Of a stretch of DNA of 64,000 nucleotides, positions 11,857 through 25,100 are shown in pieces. Source of the stretch: Yuukianura sp. NJ FZ-2021 (Eukaryota). The DNA lies in NCBI GenBank assembly GCA_046563655.1, contig CM102289.1:6448001-6512000 (forward strand). The letters are read 5' to 3'. The position numbers were made by a program, and so were the translations under genes. The notes under the pieces are model-generated. The model was not told where the DNA came from and did not search any database. It saw only the letters and a program-made list of their open reading frames with translations. The stretch's first letter is position 1. Every line of letters starts with the position of its first letter.

Positions 11857-13156
11857 AAGTTCAGCTATTTATTTGTTTCTAGTTTCGACTTTTTTGAAAG
11901 GTAGAAGAGGACACTGTCTAGAAAGTAAAAATTAACAACAAAAAAAGCAACAACTGAAAACTAAATAAGTTGGACAAAATTGTTCCAGTAGTCGTTTAGT
12001 TGTTATTTCTATTTGTTTTAAATCCTTGAAAGAGCTCGAAATCCAAATCTTGTGAAATTTAAATCTCCAAACCCTAACCAAATGGGAATGGTGAAGAATG
12101 CTTATGCAAAAGGCTTGACCGATTTGAACAAGTGTTTTTCGAAGAACGAACAATACGCTATTTTCAGTATTACATGGGTGGTACAAATTACCCCAAAAAA
12201 CAACGAGGACTACACAAAATGATAAACATCAAAAAACTTCAATTGTTGCGGAATAATTTTGCTTTGAAATTTTTTTTTAGAAAATGTTAACCGTTTGGCT
12301 ATCCCTTTTATCCGGACTTTGTATTTAAATTAAAAATATTCGAATCAGTTTAAAAATTAATCACTTTATTAACTTTTGAACTAAACTCCTAAACTTATCC
12401 GCTTAACTATAAAAATGCAATCTAAAATTATTTAGTTAGTAACAGAAACAGGAACAACATAGTTTTGATTCCTTATGTTTTTGTTCCAAATTTTCGTCAA
12501 TTGTTGACATTAAAAATCTCAAGTTGAGCAGGGGGATGGATGGGAGGAGGTCGTCGTTGTACATAAACTTAAAAAATACTAAAAACTAGTAAATAAGTTA
12601 TACAAATTTTACCCAGTGTAATTAGTTATATCGTGTAAATTAAAAAAATTCCCCATTTTATAAAACATCCAAAGGAAAAGTTTATACAAAAAATGAGATT
12701 CAGAGTCTAGGGATCAGATTGAATATAAAGATTCTTGTTGAGGTGTACATGAACCCCTTAGTGTAGAATATACTGTGTTAGTTTATAGAAAAAGATTAAA
12801 AATTTACAACAATTAAACACAGGAATTAAAATAAATACAAATTAGTATAATATATTAATTCTGTTTAATATAATTATAAATTAGAGACAACAGTTCAGTC
12901 AAATATGAGGCAAGACAATTAACAAAAAGCCTCCCTTGTCTTGCAAAATAATTTTTTCATGAGGTTTTATAATGTTAAGTAATATGACTCCATTTCCTCA
13001 AATCCTTTTGGCTTCGTAGGTGTAGGTGAGGTGTGGGAATTTTTGAATTTGAATGGAGAGTATTTTGTAGGACTCGCATTTTGTTTTGAATTTTGATTCA
13101 AAATGTGTGATTTTTGATTTAAAAAAAAGTTGCATTGAAAAACTTCCTTCTACTTT

Positions 13157-16100
13157 TTATTGAGCATCGCTGTCACTTGTTGTATCGTTTCCAGTTCCAT
13201 TCTTGTCAGCTAAAATTCAAAAAATTGGTTTTAATTTTTACCAAAGTTTCTGTCGTAAAACGCAAACTACAAACGAAAAGTCAAAATTTTGAAAATTTTA
13301 TTTGTTTTTTATGCATACCTTTTTTGCCTCCTTGGTAAGCGTGTCTTCTTAGTCTATCATATAAATCTTCTTTGTTTCCGTAAATGCTAGCGTTGGAACG
13401 GGCGAGGCTATTGAGCTGGCCGTTCCCGAATCCTTCTAAAAGAAAGTTCAGTAAAATGAAAATTAGTTTTTTGAAAAAGGTATTGAGTTTGGAAAAAAAT
13501 AGTTGCTTTGAACTTACTGACCTTTCATGTATGTCTCATTGTAGTAGTTTGGCATGTCCCAACCGTCTTCTTCGTCGTCATAGTAGTGGGCATAGGTTGA
13601 GTGGTGGGAGGGGGCAATGCTTTCAGCATATGGAGCGCCGCCATTTTGTGCTCCGTAGTAGAAATTTACTTGCGATCCACCGGTGGGATCTGGAATGGTG
13701 GATCCGGCTAGAAGCTTCTTTGGTTCACGTCGTTTAGACGACCTAGATCAAAATTTCAAAATTTTGAAATTCAAAGCTGGTTCAAGTTTGGTTTTCTGCA
13801 TGTATGTTTTAGAAAGTCTGTTAGTAATAAAGTTATACCTGACACAAATCATCCAGATAAGCAGCACTATGAGTAGGATGAGCATAACTCCTCCAGCGAT
13901 TCCGCCAGCGATGTAAGCAAAATCTGATTTTTCTTTGCATTGTTGTCCTACAAAGCTACCAATACACTCACAGAACGGACTGTCTTTCTTGTCCTTGTGA
14001 CAGGTTCCTTCGTTGAAGCAGAAACCTTCGCACAAATCTGAAAAAAATTCAAAATTATGATTTAAAACATAATTCAAAATTATGGTTTAATTCAAATTTG
14101 TTTTCAAAAAGTTCTTACCTGTGCAAACAGTTCCCGATCCAGTAAATCCTGGTTTGCATCTGCAGACAAGGTCATTTGACAGTGGATCAACTAGACAGTT
14201 TGCGTTTTTGTCACACAATGGCGTTACACCATCGACGTTGCATGGGTCAGAGCAGTCTTCAATTTTGGTCTGGGAAAATTCAAAAACAAGTTAGTAAACG
14301 TGTAATATATAAAAACTTAGAATACGCTTTTTCAAATTTAAATTTTGACAATACCGCTCCGGCAACACTTGACGGCGTATCGGATGGACAAGCTCTGCAA
14401 GACGTTTGTTGATCGTCTGGTTGAAACGTTCCTTTTTCACACAGTTGACAACGGTTGGAAGTTACATTCAAATAGGAACCTAAACAAAGCAAGACAAGAT
14501 TTTTTAAAAGTTGTTTTTTGAAAACGGTTTTGAAACTTTTGTAATTCAAAAAAGTTCGAACCTGCTGTACAGATTGGCAAAGTGCAGTCATCCGACGAAA
14601 CAGAACCGACTCCCTGCGTGGTTCGTCCCAACGGGCAAGTGACGCATGCTGGATTGGTACCTTGAGTTCGATAAGTTCCGCGTTTGCATTGGACACAGAT
14701 GCCTTCGGGGCTCAGTTGTTCCCCACTGGGACATTCGTCACGACATTCCAGTTCCGAAACAGCTTCAACGGTACGCGTCGTTTTACCGAGTCCGCACAAC
14801 CGGCAACTGAATTGTCCCTCATCCGGTTGGTACTGTCCATAACCACAACTCTTGCAAAGTTCCGCTCCTTCGTCAAAGTACTTTCCAGGACTGCATCGTT
14901 GTTTACATTCTTTTGGTGATTTGGCACCCAAAATCTTCGTAACTCCCGCCTTGTCCACGATAACCGGACAAGGAACACAAGTCAGCTGACCAGTTTGACT
15001 TTGGTATTTTCCAAGAGGACAGACATCACAAGTTCCATTGATAGAGTTGTAGTATGATCCAGCAGCACATGGAACACAATCGGTTCCAATGACGACGTGG
15101 CCAGGGGAACATGCGTAGTCTGGCACCAAGCGTAAGCTGGATGGATCCAACGCCGTGTGTGGTAGGACATCACGGACGTCAAATGCATCTTTCTCAAGAA
15201 TCAGAGTTTGGAGTAGTCGCTGAACGTTTGTGCGTTCGTTAGTGTTAACGTTGATGACGGGATCGGATTGGGCGGGGAAACTGATTGAGACGTCATAGAC
15301 GTCTTCAGTGTCAGAGTCACGTTTGACGCGTAGATTTCTGCCTTTCTTGTTACAGTTGACGCCGATGTTGAGGTCTTGACAATCAGAATTTTCTTTAGCC
15401 TTTGATGCACAGAATCGCCAGTCTTGATTGAGTTTTGCAATTGCCATTTTGATTCGTTCTTTCAAAACTCCTTGGCCTGCAGCGTTGCAAAGTCCGGGGC
15501 TTGGGAATTGCAAGTTGACTTTGAAGACGCGCTGAGCTGGTCTGGAAGCTGAAAGTTAAATTTTGAATTAGTTTTTTGAAAAATTTTTACATTAACTTAC
15601 GTTAATTTTTGTAAATTGAGAAAGGAAATTTTACCTGTGCAAGATGGATACACCAGAGGGCGCTCAATGTCTGCACTTGGATGCCAAAATCCTTCAGCTC
15701 CGCAAGAATAAAATTTGGAAACTGGTTGAGAAAATTTGAGTCCTTGGTGACAGTTGATTTCACAAGACTTGAAATGGCCGCCCGGACCCCATCCGTTACA
15801 GTCTTGAGTGCCACCATCAGGTTCTGGAAGCGCTGGACAAATTTCGGAGAGAACGTAGACTTTGAATTTACATTGGGCACTGTTTCCAGCTTGATCGTAA
15901 GCGACATAGGCAATGTCGTAGTTGCCCCACAGCAGTGTCTGGCCTGGTCTAAATCCTTGCCGTTCTTCAATCCTAACAACGCCAACGTTGTCTGTAAATG
16001 CCGGTTCATCCCACGTGACCGTTGCAGATCCGTTCTTTGTGATGACCCACATGCTACCTGGACAGTGAGCTACAACTGGTGGAACTTTATCCATGTTCAT

Positions 16101-19100
16101 CACGTCACACCGAGTTCCAGAAAGTCCTGGTGGACATACACGCTCTCCACAGACTGACGGAACTACCCGATCAACTCCGCCTGAAATCCGGTCATATCCA
16201 TTCCATGGTAAAATGAGGCCAATGTAAATTACCGATTCGGATCGACACCCGCGAACTTGCTTTTGAATTTCTTTTTGAAGATCTAGTGGGCGATTCCAAA
16301 CTTGAACTCGGCTTAAAGATCCAATAAAACCGGAGTCTTGTGGAGCTCTGCCGGATTCTGTCGCTGGAGCTCCGAGTGAAATCCAACCGAATTCGGGAAA
16401 GTCTTTGCCGGATCCATAATTTTGTGCTTTGCCAGCAATGAGACCGTCGGTAACAAGAACAAGGGAGGAATTTTCTTTGTCGTAGATCAATGTTACATGA
16501 TGCCATTGGGCGTCATTGACTGGAGCGTAGTCTCGGAATGGTAAGTATACTTCTGGAACGTCTTCAAATAGAGACACGAGCATGCCGGCTGAGTGAGCTT
16601 GAATTGCAAGGCGACGCCCTCTAGTGGAAATTCCGGAGTTTACGACATAGTAGTTGAGGAATGTACCGGTATCGTCGTGATGTGTAAACCGAACCCAAGC
16701 GCTGAGTGAAAACCCGGTAAAGTCTTTCAAATTCAAACTGAATGGAATTGCCTGCTGGGCACTACCAGTACCTTCTTCGTCAGTAAAAACGAGGTCGTAA
16801 TCGACTTGAATTGCTGCAAAACGATCAAGTAGCAAAGTTAATTTTGAAAATTGCTTCAAAATTTCTTCAAAAACATATGTTGAAAATAAAATTAACTTAC
16901 TTTTGCGACAATCTTCTCCGGTTAAGTTAAATGGACATTTACAGTAAAATCCGTCAGTAAGATCCACGCAAGTTGCAGTAGGTGGACAACTATTTGGTTT
17001 GCAGTTTGGCACGGTATCTTCGCAGTATCTTCCGCGGAAGCCTTCCAAACATTTGCACGTAAATCCAGGACCGTTGTCAATGCACTGTGCTCCATTTTTG
17101 CAAATTCCTTCTGCGCATGCATCGAATTCATATTGACATCCAATTCCAGTGTAGTCAACAGGACAAGTACAGTTGAGGCCAGATCCAAAGTCTTTGCAAG
17201 TTCCAGTATGCATGCACGGGTCTCCAACGCAGCGATTTGGAGTCGTTTCACACTGTTTCCCGTCAGTACCGGACGGACAGACGCAGAAGTAGTCTTGGAA
17301 GAGGTTGATACACTCGGCACTGTTTTTGCATGGAGTGGACTCACAGAAGCCGATGTCCGTTCCGCAAGTTTTTCCTGTCCAACCAGGTTGACATCGACAA
17401 GTAAAACTGTTGACACCGTCAACGCAAGTTCCACCGTTCAAGCACTCTACTTGTTCACATTCGTTGATGTTCACTTCACAGGCAGTTCCAGAGTAACCTT
17501 TGACAAAAAAAAAATGTTGACAAAAATAGTTTCAAATTTTCAAAGAAAAAATGAACTTTTTCAAAAACCTACCCGGTCGACATTGACATTCAAATTTGTT
17601 GTCGAGGTCAACACAGGTTGCTGTTCCTTCTGATGAGCAAGGATTGCTCAGACATTCGTCAATTTCAGCTTCACATTGAATTCCTGTATGGAAAGGTTTT
17701 TTCTTTCAGCATATGATCAACTTTTAAAAATAATTTTGTTCAAAATATTTTGTTAAATGTAAGATATTTTGAATTATTAAACTTACCAACAAAACCAGGC
17801 CGGCAAGTACACTCAAAGCCATTAAACAGGTCTGTGCATGTACCGCCATTTTGACCTTGAAAAAAGTTTGAATTCAAGTTCATACTTTAAAATTTTGAAA
17901 AATGTAAATATTTATTTTGAAGTTTTTTTTTCTCAAACTTACATGGGTGACTGGCACAGTCGTCAATTCGATGTTGACAATTTTTTCCAGTGAATTCAGG
18001 TTCACAAACACACTTGTAGTCGCCCACTTCATCCACACATTCTCCATCATTTTCACAAGGTTCTCCACTGCATTCGTTAATATTTTGGTCACAGTTTGGC
18101 CCTGACCATCCCTTGTCACAAACACATTCGTAGTCAAACAGTCTATCAATGCAAAGACCATGTCGACATGGCTCTGAAGCACACAGGTCAACCTTCGTTT
18201 GACATCTTTTGCCACTGAAACCCCTAGGGCAAGCACAGCTAAAATCGTTGACCAAGTCGGTACAATTGGAGTTGAGCAGACAAGGGAGTTCTGCGCAGTC
18301 GTCAATGTTGTTTTCACAAAGTGGTCCATCCCATCCCGCTTGACATTGGCATCGAAACCGACCTTGTTGAAGTGGAACACATTGGGCATTGTTTTCACAT
18401 GGATTTCCAGCAATGGTGCATGGGTTAACAGTAACGTCACAGTCAGTTCCAGTGTAGCCGTTTTTGCACAGGCAAGTATGGTTTCCAATACCAGGTTCCG
18501 TTTTACACATGGCATTTTCTGGACAAGTATCGTTTCGACAGTTGGATTCTTGATCTTGACAGTTGATTCCGCTGTAGCCTGGTGCGCAGACGCATGAATA
18601 TCCTTGTGGTTCATCGAGACAGCTTGCTCCGTTGTAACAAGGTTGACTTTGACATTCGTCAATGTCCGTTTCACAGAAGGCTCCAGTGAACCCTGCTGGA
18701 CAGAAGCACATTGCCCGATGACCTTGAGGAACACAGAGGCCGCCATTTTGACAGTAGTCGTCACTGCATGGAATTGCTCGACATTCTTCTTTCGAAGCTG
18801 CTCCGGGTTTCGTAGTCGTTGATTCGCTGGGACACTCCAGGCACTTCGTCATGCCTTCTTTGGTTTGAAAAAATCCGGCAGGGCATGGTGCACATGGAGA
18901 TAAGCCAGTCGGAGAATAGAATCCTGGTTGACATTTCATTCGGCAGTACTCGGGTCCTGGTGCTGCTGGTTGGTATGTAAATGTTTGTGGTGGACATGAT
19001 TGACATTCCTTGAACCCATCAGGAGGTGGACCACCACTGTATGAATTTCGTGGACATTCCAGGCAAGGAACCAACCCAGTTGGAGAATAAGTACCGAAAC

Positions 19101-22100
19101 CGCAAACCGGTATACAGTCGTCAACCGACTTGGAAGCTTGTTCTCTAGTGTAAGTACCGGGCGGACATCGTGAGCATGCGCCTTGCCGAGCTCGGCTCTG
19201 GTAAAATCCTCTTGGACATGTTGTACATTGTTTTTCACCTTCAGTAGCAAAAGTTCCGGCGGGACAGTGCAAGCATCTTGGTACGCTTGACGTTTCGGTA
19301 TTCAGAACTTCTCCGGTACCGCAAGTAAAACCTCGTCCAATCTTTGAAGTTTGAGCGCGGAGCGGTGGACAAGAGTTACCAAGGGAGTTGACATTCAAAA
19401 TAGGGTCAAGGACCTCTGAAGATTGGGGTACTGACAGGTCAAAGATCAAGTTAAGCGTTGACCCACAGAGATCGTAAACCTGATTTTGACGTACAGTTGG
19501 CGCCACTTGGAGGACAAAAGTCATTTGAACCATGTTTTCTTCAATCAGCTGTGGCCGGGTATCCACAAAAGTGACATTCATGTTGACATTGACGGCGGAA
19601 CATTGGTGAGATAAGATTGGACTCAAAGCTGGTTGTGACTTCCTGAAGTGTTCGGTATACTGGGTTAAGCAAGAGGGTGGTACAGCTCCGTTGGCACGGT
19701 ATCGCACGACAGCATTGACATGGTACCGCGCTATTTCGGTATCTTCTGATACGCAGTCCGGAACAACTCGAGATGGTGACCAAGTTCTTGACCGCCTGTG
19801 ACATTTGAAGCTCTTCACCTTTTCTCCATCAGTGAATCGGTATCCTTTGGCACAAGTAGCGGCACAATCAATTCCATCAGGACTGGAATCGCAATGGAAT
19901 CGGCCATGCGCAGGGGGTGCCAATTCCCAGTTACTACAAGCTAACGGTACAATGCTAACTTGGAAGTTGCAGCTAGCTTGATTTCCATGTTTATCTGTTG
20001 CAACTACGGTAACATTTTCAAAACCGCCAACAGGAATGATTGAACTTTCTGGAATGTAGGCAATCGTGACTGGTCCAGATGCATCGGATACGTTGATGGC
20101 ACGGCGTGTTTCGTTGAAGAATACTTGGTGACTGGGCTGTCGATCGACGAGGTCAACTTCATAGCTGAGAGGGCAGCTAAGTCTTGGCGGTGTGTCGTCT
20201 GGAATTGTAATGTTGATGTGGCAAATGGCAACGTTGCCGTCAAAGTCAAACGCCAAGTACTCGACTACAACATCTTCAAAAACGGTAAATGGCATTTTGA
20301 ATCCGGCGGGTCTGATTTCCATACGAGCTACTGTGCCGGAGTTGTCAACTGCGACCGGTTCCGGAAAGTTTACCGGTTCGAGTCCATTTGGTCCTCTTTG
20401 CACAACGACGTGTTGGTCGGGACAGTTTTCAAAAACTGGCGGTTCGTTATCTAGAAACACAAAGAAAATTTAAATTATGATTCATTTTTCTTTAAAAAAT
20501 GTTGCAGCGCATGCTTACCGACGCAAACTGGATAACCCAAATCCCATCCAAGTTGAATTTGTTCTTCCCGCTCATCTTCACATCCGAGCAATTCAAATTT
20601 GAGACAAGGATTCTCCAAGTAGTTGACAATTCCAAGGATAACGAAACGAGCTTGTACGGATTGGGGCAAAGTGATCATAGCCAACTCTCCATAATTTCCG
20701 GGTTCTCGTGTTGTCAAATTGAAATTTGGAAAGTAGACGACAAAATTTTCATTTTCATGTTGTTTATAAAAGAATCGAATTTCAGTTGGTCTTCCCACGA
20801 CGTCATTTGTAATCACTCCCTTCACGAGAATTGCTTTCACGCGATTGATTTTTCCAAGATCAACTGTCACGTAAGTAAACGGTTCTTGAAGACCACACCA
20901 TCCAGTGGCGGAATTCAACCGAATATTCTTGCCTTCATAGTTGGATCTAAAAAATTTTCAAATGTCAATACAAAGTTTGTTTTTGGTTGATTTCCAAAAT
21001 TTTGAAATTTACCGCTCAGTTGTAACATTGATGGCTCCATCGGAAATGATTCCAGACGTAAGTCCGAGTGGTTTGATGACTTTACACTCAGCGTCTCTGA
21101 CGCACGTGATTGGATATGGATTGATCGGAATGTATCCGGGACGTTCGCATTCAAAAATTACTTCAGAGCTCTAAAAATTTTCAAAAATTATTTGAAAATT
21201 TCCAAATTGGAATAAATTTTAATCTAATCTTAAGTGTATTTCGTTTTACTTGTTCATAGGTACTGGAAATTTGAATTCCGTCTGGCGGGCGACTAGGATC
21301 TTCACAAACTGGTCCTTCGCATCGTAGGTTTCCGAAGTCCCATACACCATCTTCGCGACATCTTTGTTTTGAAAACAGAATAAAACATGTTCAAACATTA
21401 CAGTTAGGTTGAATTAAGTTAAAGTTAGGTGTAACTCTACTCACCTGACGACATTGTCGCTCTTTGACGACTGGCCAGCCAATCGAAACGTGTCTTGACA
21501 TCCGAAGAAGAACGACGACTGGAAGAAAGTGTCACTGAAACGACCGTATTCAGCTCCAGGCGTTTCAACTGGAAATCCACAATCGACTTTTGGACATTCT
21601 GGAGCCACACCGGACAACCAGTAGTCTGGAAATTCCGGTTTAGGATCATACACACACTGACGAAACGGTGCAGCTATGGATGACCTCAGAGGTCGTCCCT
21701 GTTCTGCGCATGTGAAGGTAACATTTTCTTGAAATCCAATCAAAAAGTCATTTTCGCGGGGTCGATTCACTTTAAGTCCTTCCGTGGGTTCATCCTGGAG
21801 AGGTACACACTTGGCAGCTAGAAAGTTTAGAAAAAAAAAAACTCAAATTTTTGAAAAGATTCGAAAATTTTTAAGTCAACAATCTTACGTTGACATTCCG
21901 GAACCGTTCCGTTCCAAACTCCATTCGAAGTACACAAGAGTCCATAGTTTCCAGCAATGACGTAGCCAAAGTTACACTGAAATGAAACTTGATCACCAAA
22001 GTGATGCTTGTCTTTGGTTGATAGAAGGAGGCCGTTCATTGGTGCGTTCAGTTTTGGACACATCTTTGGCACGCAAGTTTTGTTGATCCGGTACGTATCG

Positions 22101-25100
22101 CCGTCGAGCAACCCGGTTTCGGTCGGTTCGATATAGAATCCGGCAGTTCCATTTGTGGTAAACAGTTCATGTCCGACGTTACAATAGCAACTGGCTGATC
22201 CTGGGCTGTTGATACACTTGTGATGACAACCGCCATTCTGTAGTAAACATTCGTCGATGTCTCCACATTCCATGCGCGTACAACCCATAAGTTCAAACTG
22301 GAGACATGGAGCGTTCACGTACTCCTCAATGATGAGACGCACGAATCGAGCTTCAATTGGGTTCGGAATTTTGAGTACCGACAATGTCGGATCCACCAGA
22401 ACAAACTGAACAAAACTTCCGTCCGGATTGGTGTATTCTTTGAATAAGTCTGTCAGGTCGTTGGCATACTGTAAAAGAATCAAAATTTTGGAGTTTATTA
22501 AAGAAACTTGAAATTAGTCTGTGTATTTGAGTTACCTGAAGTCGAATTCCTGTGGCATATGAAATTCCACCGCCAACTTTTTGAACTCCCTGCGTTCTGA
22601 AACCGCTTACGATCGTGGGAGCTTTCAAATCAATCAAAACTGTGTTCCCGCCTCTCGCGTGGCTCCCTCCACACCATCCGCCGATTCCGTTGAGCCGGAT
22701 GTTCTAAAATTTTAAGAAAATTTTCAAAATTTTTGACCTTAGAACTTTTTGTTTTTTGAGAATTTACCTCTTTCGGATATCCCTCCTGGAATGATGATAC
22801 TGTAATCGCTTCATCTGGAATTCCGCCACTACTTAGCCCAAGATCCTGATCCGGTTTGCACGCCATTGAAGCCGAAAAGCCCGTACGACATTTGCAGTAA
22901 AAACTGCCCGGCATGTTGACACATTCGGTTGAAGCGAGGTCACATTGGGATGAAGCACATTCGTCAATGTCTTCACATCGTGGGACATCAGTAAATTCTT
23001 GTTCGGCTCCACAAGTGATGATGTTGTGTCCGAGAAGTCTAAATCCACGGTGACACTGCACACGCGCCTCGTCATCAAAGAAAAATTCACGGTCGCTTTC
23101 CACCACAAATCCATTTTTGATAGTCGGAATCACGTGACATTGTTTACCTAAATTCAAATCCACCAAATTGCATTCAAATTGCTTTCTGTGCAGAAGAAAA
23201 TGAAATAAATTTTGAATAAACAGCTTACGAGAACATGATGGAATCTCTCCAGACCAAGTTCCATTGCTCATGCAAAGTAAAGTTGGATGTCCGGTACGAA
23301 CATAACCGTTTTCACAATCAAACCGAACAATTGTGCCGTAACTTCTGCCACCGCCACTGAGAATGGTTTGTTTAGCATTTGGAAGTTCTGGAAGTGGTGG
23401 GCATTGGGAAGCCAAACAAACCGGTAACTTTTCCCATTTGCCGGAAGCAGTACATGAAATAAGTTCGGTGGCTTTGCCAGACGGAAACCCGAATCCGGCA
23501 TAACATTGGTACTTGGCCACTCCGAGAAATGTAACATTGGTGGAATCAATTGCAAATCCATTTGTGATTTGTGGAACCGGACCACAGTAGACTTCTTGAC
23601 AATTCGGAATGTACGTCACTGACCATTCTCCGCCTGGCTGACATTCGGTGACGATTTTCTGTTGACCTGTGGCAAACTCTGACCCGGATGGACATGTCAA
23701 GGTGACGACCGTTCCGAATGAAATGTCTCTGCTACTTGCCATGGCTCCTTTGCCTGGTCTCAAAACGGGGCAATCTGAACCAAAAACAAAGAAATTTCAA
23801 TTTTCAGAAAAAATTTAAGTTTTGGTAAATATTATTGTAGGTGTAAAATTTTTACCAGACGAAAAAATTGCTCGCCATCCTGAGCGGGTGCGTAGAGAAT
23901 CAGTTGTAAATTTGACCGTCATTTCTCCAGATTCAGCCGTTAGAGTCAATTTTGGTACAACGCGTCCCGTAAATCCATTTCCGGCATGTAGGCGTAGACT
24001 ATCCGTATTTGGACCGTCATGAACCTAATTCAAAAATGGACCAATTTTTTTCAATTACAAAAATTTACAATTGAAATTTAATTTAAATTTGCGCGCGCAT
24101 GATTTCACACCCTCCAACGTGCTTCTAATTACCAAGTGACTAGTAACAGGGAGTGTAAAAATAATTAACGAGAAATCATGCGTAGTTCGTCATTCCTATT
24201 GTTGGACATGAGGAATTGGGTCATTGAACTTGAAGTTTATAGCAAAGCGAGTGGCCATTGCAGTAGATGGGCATGACGAGTGGCCCCTGGGCCAATGGGA
24301 GGCGAGGAATGCTGCCATTGGAAGATGAGTTATCAATCGACGAATTAATTAGTATTCAACACTCGTTCCGAGTCTAAACATTCCTTTGTCCCACCTAAAC
24401 GCATCTACGGGTGACTTGGACTTCATGCATGCAGGTTGTGATGGAATGGTTGGGAATTCGAAATTGAAAGAGGGAGGGAAATTTAAATTTGAATTTTCTA
24501 AGGAGTGCGGGCATTATTTCATACTTGAATGGTCATTGGTCACAGGATATGCAGGAAGTGATACTTTTGGCAAAGCACAACAACATTCAAGTGGTGGTCT
24601 GCAATTCCATGCACTCTGAGAAAAGTAAAATTTACATTTTTCCTTTGAAATTTTTTAAAAGTCAGCTCTGGTACAAACAAAAAATTCTTCTTTTTCATTC
24701 TCACTTTCGGGTTTCCAAATTCTGAGATTTTGCTTTTAGTTTTAATTAAAACTGGGCACTTTTTGTTGTTTTTCGTTATAATTCAATTAAACCTGTATGC
24801 AAAACGCCTACAGGTGAGTCTACTCCCTCATCCAATCAATAAACTCAAAAAAGTTAACGGGATTTGGCGGCAACGCCAAAACGGTGTAGAATAAATTTTT
24901 CTCCTTCCCTTTTCTAACTGTTCTTCTAATTGATGGAGATTCAACAAGGAATCAGGTCCGACGTGCCAAAAAAATTAATAAACACGAAAATTTTGTCAAA
25001 AAAGGCAAAAAATTCTTTCTGAGTTGTTGTCTATTCATTACTCACTGGCTGCAGTGAAAATGCCAATTCTTGACAAGTGGGAAATTCGAAATTACTAAAA

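Noticed and set aside
14662..23585. Numerous overlapping ORFs in other frames within uif
   Set aside because: Shadows of long Cys-rich exons with no independent motifs.
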